DNA of 64,000 nucleotides from positions 64,001-128,000 of the forward strand of contig CAVRCJ010000015.1 in assembly GCA_963719515.1 (NCBI GenBank). The letters are read 5' to 3'. The position numbers and the translations under genes are program-made. Position 1 is the first letter of the stretch. Each line of letters opens with the position of its first letter. The notes below the pieces were generated by a model. It ran no database searches. It was given only the letters and a program-made list of their open reading frames with translations, and was not told the origin of the DNA. Of the stretch, positions 60,870 through 64,000 are shown piece by piece. The DNA is from an uncultured cyanobacterium. GTDB taxonomy: Bacteria > Cyanobacteriota > Cyanobacteriia > CAKZMO01.

Positions 60870-61835
60870 ATGACCACATCTATGCCAAACCCTAACCTCA
60901 GCGTCCATCACACCATCCATTCCCACCAGTCTCACTGCGGCTGGGACCATTCCCTGCCGCCGCAGCTGACGATCGCCCCCGGCGAAACGGTGGAGATGGA
61001 GCTTAACGACGCCTCGGGGGGGCAGCTTACCCTAGACTCCACCGTGGCGGATGTCGACGCCTTCGACTTTGGCCGCACTAATCCGGTCACCGGCCCCATC
61101 TATATCGAGGGGGCTGAGCCGGGGGATGTGGTGAAGCTATTTATCCAGAACTTCAGCCCCTCCGGCTGGGGCTGGACCGCCATCTTCCCCGACTTCGGCC
61201 TGCTGGCGGACCAGTTCCCCGACACCGCTCTGCAGCTCTGGCGCTACGACGTAACGGCTAAGGGGGCGATCGCCGAAGGTCTGAGCGCCCGGATCCCCCT
61301 GAAGCCTTTCGCGGGCACCATCGGTCTGGCCCTGGCGGAACCGGGTCACCACAGCGTGGTGCCGCCCCGGCGGGTAGGGGGCAACATGGACATCCGCGAC
61401 CTGTCTTCGGGCAGCACACTGTACCTGCCGGTGGAGGTGGCCGGGGCGCTGCTCTCCATCGGCGACAGCCACGCGGCCCAGGGAGATGGAGAGGTGTGCG
61501 GCACGGCCATCGAGAGCCCGATGACGGCGGTGTTCACTATAGACCTGCTCAAAGACCACCCGATAAAATACCCCCACTTCGAGACCGCCGGTCCCGTCAC
61601 CCGCCACCTAGACGCCAAGGGCTACTACGTCACCACGGGCATCGCCCCCGATTTGATGATCGCTACCCGGGAGGCGGTGATGGCCATGATCGACTGGTTG
61701 GGTAAGGCCCACCAGATGGACGCCGCTGAAGCTTACATGCTGTGCAGCGTCTGCGCCGACCTGAGGGTCAGCGAAATTGTAGACAAGCCCAACTGGGTGA
61801 TGTCCTGCTATTTGCCCAAAATCGTGTTTGAGTGA
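60870..61835 (+). CDS. Acetamidase/formamidase family protein
   Basis: NPVTGPIYIEGAEPGD, GGNMD, GDSHAAQGDGEVCGTAIE and AYMLCSV motifs. Confidence 0.93.
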   Translation: MTTSMPNPNLSVHHTIHSHQSHCGWDHSLPPQLTIAPGETVEMELNDASGGQLTLDSTVADVDAFDFGRTNPVTGPIYIEGAEPGDVVKLFIQNFSPSGWGWTAIFPDFGLLADQFPDTALQLWRYDVTAKGAIAEGLSARIPLKPFAGTIGLALAEPGHHSVVPPRRVGGNMDIRDLSSGSTLYLPVEVAGALLSIGDSHAAQGDGEVCGTAIESPMTAVFTIDLLKDHPIKYPHFETAGPVTRHLDAKGYYVTTGIAPDLMIATREAVMAMIDWLGKAHQMDAAEAYMLCSVCADLRVSEIVDKPNWVMSCYLPKIVFE

Positions 61836-62223
61836 CATCCTCCCGACGCTGACAGCAAGCTGTACAGCGCGGGCTTCCTCAGTGACTCCCAGCTATTGCC
61901 GAGACATATCCTGAGATAGGTTTATACTCCGCCTGATGCCCCACGGCAGAGTTTTGAATTTTCATCTCCGCGAGGGAGGATACGCACTATGTGTCGCAGA
62001 TACATTTGCAAACTGAGGAACGGGTGACTTGCAGCTTTCGCCTACGGGCCCGTCACACTCTTTGCGGGGTGTATCACCTTGCTATCTCTATCATACCAAC
62101 TGCTAGCCTCAGCGCTGAGCGCACTATCCGCTGTGCATCATTTTGCGGGCGCACTTCGGCTAGCGCGACTCTCATCCCGACGCTCACCCTGACGGGTAGA
62201 GCGCGGGGCTTCCTGTCTAGTCG
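61832..62223 (-). mobile_element. 392-bp non-autonomous IS200/IS605 derivative, copy 2
   Basis: Near-identical to 19158-19549; CTAA at 62224-62227; supplies the TGA stop of the acetamidase gene. Confidence 0.93.
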
Positions 62224-62257
62224 CTAACGAGGTCTCCCCGTATCAGCTTGGCAACGG

Positions 62258-62467
62258 TTTCGCGATCGCCTCCCCGCGATGCTGCATCTGATAGCGGGGG
62301 GCATCGTATTCACGCTGATTCGGCCTTAGCGCGGGCATCTGCGTCGCCGTCCGCCAATTCCTATTATTGCGGGAGTGGTGCTGGTGACGGCGATCGGGAT
62401 TGTGCTGGGGAATTTAGTAGCGGATTTGGTGATGCCGCTGGTGAACCCCTAGATTCGGCTGGGCTAG
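62258..62467 (+). pseudogene. Internally deleted DppB/OppB-type ABC permease remnant
   Basis: Fragments RDRLPAMLHL..GIVF, GL.AGICVAVR and IPIIAGVVLVTAIGIVLGNLVADLVMPLVNP*IRLG* lie in different frames. Confidence 0.65.
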
Positions 62468-62641
62468 CGGAGCGTCTAGAAGGGCGATCGCCCAATCGCC
62501 AGCAGTTTATATTCCGAGGCCATGGCGGCAAACGAGACGAAGAACTGCCACAGGCCAGTGGGGTCAAGACAGGAACTCTAGGTGGCACTGCACTCGACCA
62601 GTGTGCCCGCTGAGGGTACCACCCTGCGAGTCATTTTTGCG

Positions 62642-63520
62642 TTACCGGACTTCAGATCTCACTTCAGCTGCAGGTGGGCAGGATTGAGGGGCCGGCATCC
62701 TCTTCACCTTTGTTGCCAAACCGATACGCTCCAGCAGCTGAATGACGTGCCAAGTCAGGTCGATTTCCCACCAGCGCCAGCCCGTCTGAGCCGACCTGGG
62801 GAATTTGTGGTGATTGTTGTGCCAGCCCTCGCCGTAGGTCAAAACAGATACCCACCAAAGGTTACGAGCGTTGTCATCCGCCTCAAAATTGCGATACCCC
62901 CAGCAGTGCGCTGCCGAATTGACAAACCAAGTTGAATGCCACAGCAGCACCGCCCGAACAAAAACGCCGTAAATTACAAACGACGCTCCTCCCAGAGCAT
63001 ATAGGCACACGGCAAGCGCCACTTGCAGCAGTAGAAAGTAGCGGTTGAGCCACCGATAGTAGCCGTCACGGGCCAGGTCGGGCGCGTACTTGCTGTAGTG
63101 ATCAAATTCAAGCGAGGTCGATTCTGGCCTGAGCACCCAGACGATATGGCTCCACCAAAACCCGCGCTTGGCCGAGTAAGGATCCTTCTGCGAGTCTTCA
63201 GTGAACGCGTGATGCTTGCGGTGATTTCCGACCCAGAAGATTGGCCCGCCCTGCACCGCTAAAACTCCGATGGTGGCGATGCCGTATTCTAGCCACCGCG
63301 GAACCTGAAAGCTGCGGTGGCTCAGCAGCCGGTGATAGCCCATGCAGATGCCGATACTGCCGAACAGCCAGTGAAGCACCAGGGCCACCCCCAATGCTGA
63401 CCAGGAAAAGAACCAAGGGGCAAGTAGGGCAACTCCGTGACATGCCGCAAAGAAGATGACGCTGGGCCAGTTGATATCGTTTTTGCGCTGGGGCGCAATT
63501 GAAAGTGATGTTGAGGTCAT
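62642..63520 (-). CDS. Delta-9 type acyl-lipid fatty acid desaturase
   Basis: His boxes HRLLSH, HRKHH and HNNHH; GEGW motif. Confidence 0.93.
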   Translation of the reverse strand: MTSTSLSIAPQRKNDINWPSVIFFAACHGVALLAPWFFSWSALGVALVLHWLFGSIGICMGYHRLLSHRSFQVPRWLEYGIATIGVLAVQGGPIFWVGNHRKHHAFTEDSQKDPYSAKRGFWWSHIVWVLRPESTSLEFDHYSKYAPDLARDGYYRWLNRYFLLLQVALAVCLYALGGASFVIYGVFVRAVLLWHSTWFVNSAAHCWGYRNFEADDNARNLWWVSVLTYGEGWHNNHHKFPRSAQTGWRWWEIDLTWHVIQLLERIGLATKVKRMPAPQSCPPAAEVRSEVR

Positions 63521-63604
63521 ATTGCGTTAGAGACCAAAGTCTAAGACGTCAGAATCAGAAATTCGAAGCGAGAAGCTTGTAAACAAGAAGTTTGCTATGC
63601 TTTG

Positions 63605-63669
63605 GCAAGTGCCACTTGCATAACGTGAGTCTAGCTCAAGTCAAAGAAAAAATGCAAGTGTCACTTGCA
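63605..63669. promoter_or_regulatory. Two palindromic candidate TetR operators
   Basis: GCAAGTG-C-CACTTGC (63605-63619) and TGCAAGTG-T-CACTTGCA (63653-63669). Confidence 0.75.
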
Positions 63670-63693
63670 CCTCGACAGCTCCGACCGGCAATT

Positions 63694-64000
63694 ATGACCG
63701 CCTCTCCCTCCCGCAAAAGACTTATCCAAGCTGCATTTGAGCTTTTTCTTGCCCAAGGTGTGAGCCACACCACAACCCGGCAAATTGCGAACCTGGCCGA
63801 GGTCAACGAGGTCACCCTGTTTCGTAACTTTGGGAATAAGTATGGATTGCTGCAGGCCGTCATTGAAGAAGCGCCGACATTTCAGTCACTCAGCGAAGCG
63901 CTAATTCGGCAGGCGGAGCAGACACCTGATACGCGCCAGGCTCTCAGGCAATATGCAGGCGACGCGCTGCAGATCTTAGAGCAGGCTCCTGCCTTTGTGC
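63694..64000 (+). CDS. TetR/AcrR family regulator; runs off the window's right edge and is absent from the ORF track
   Basis: RKRLIQAAFELFLAQGVSHTTTRQIANLAEVNEVTLFRNFGNKYGLL is a classic TetR HTH. Confidence 0.92.
   Translation, partial: MTASPSRKRLIQAAFELFLAQGVSHTTTRQIANLAEVNEVTLFRNFGNKYGLLQAVIEEAPTFQSLSEALIRQAEQTPDTRQALRQYAGDALQILEQAPAFV

Overview
Chromosomal window from a cyanobacterium: GCGATCGC (HIP1) octamers are dense, and psaK, cruF/cruG and ebsA are present. A fraC-fraD-fraE operon suggests it is filamentous. Most of the window is core genes (hppD, phoU, RNase R, ubiX, proB-yqeG-mltG-DUF3727-ruvX, mutS, trpB, trpF, cobO). It also holds a two-component cluster with a cyanobacteriochrome-type kinase, an ammonium transporter-PAS-GGDEF fusion, and a block of probable nitrogen-scavenging hydrolases that contains an NsiR1-like sRNA. 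The most notable structure is a family of IS200/IS605 elements with no tnpA in the window. It comprises two tnpB elements (one frameshifted, one intact with a divergent ribbon-helix-helix ORF), three protein-less mini-elements (two near-identical 392-bp copies and one 449-bp) that keep both ends, a candidate promoter and the right-end RNA scaffold, and one left-end scar. All follow TTAG, and the five complete elements end in TCAC. Two sit exactly on host stop codons and replace TAA with an in-frame TGA. All calls come from reading the sequence; no searches or folding programs were run.
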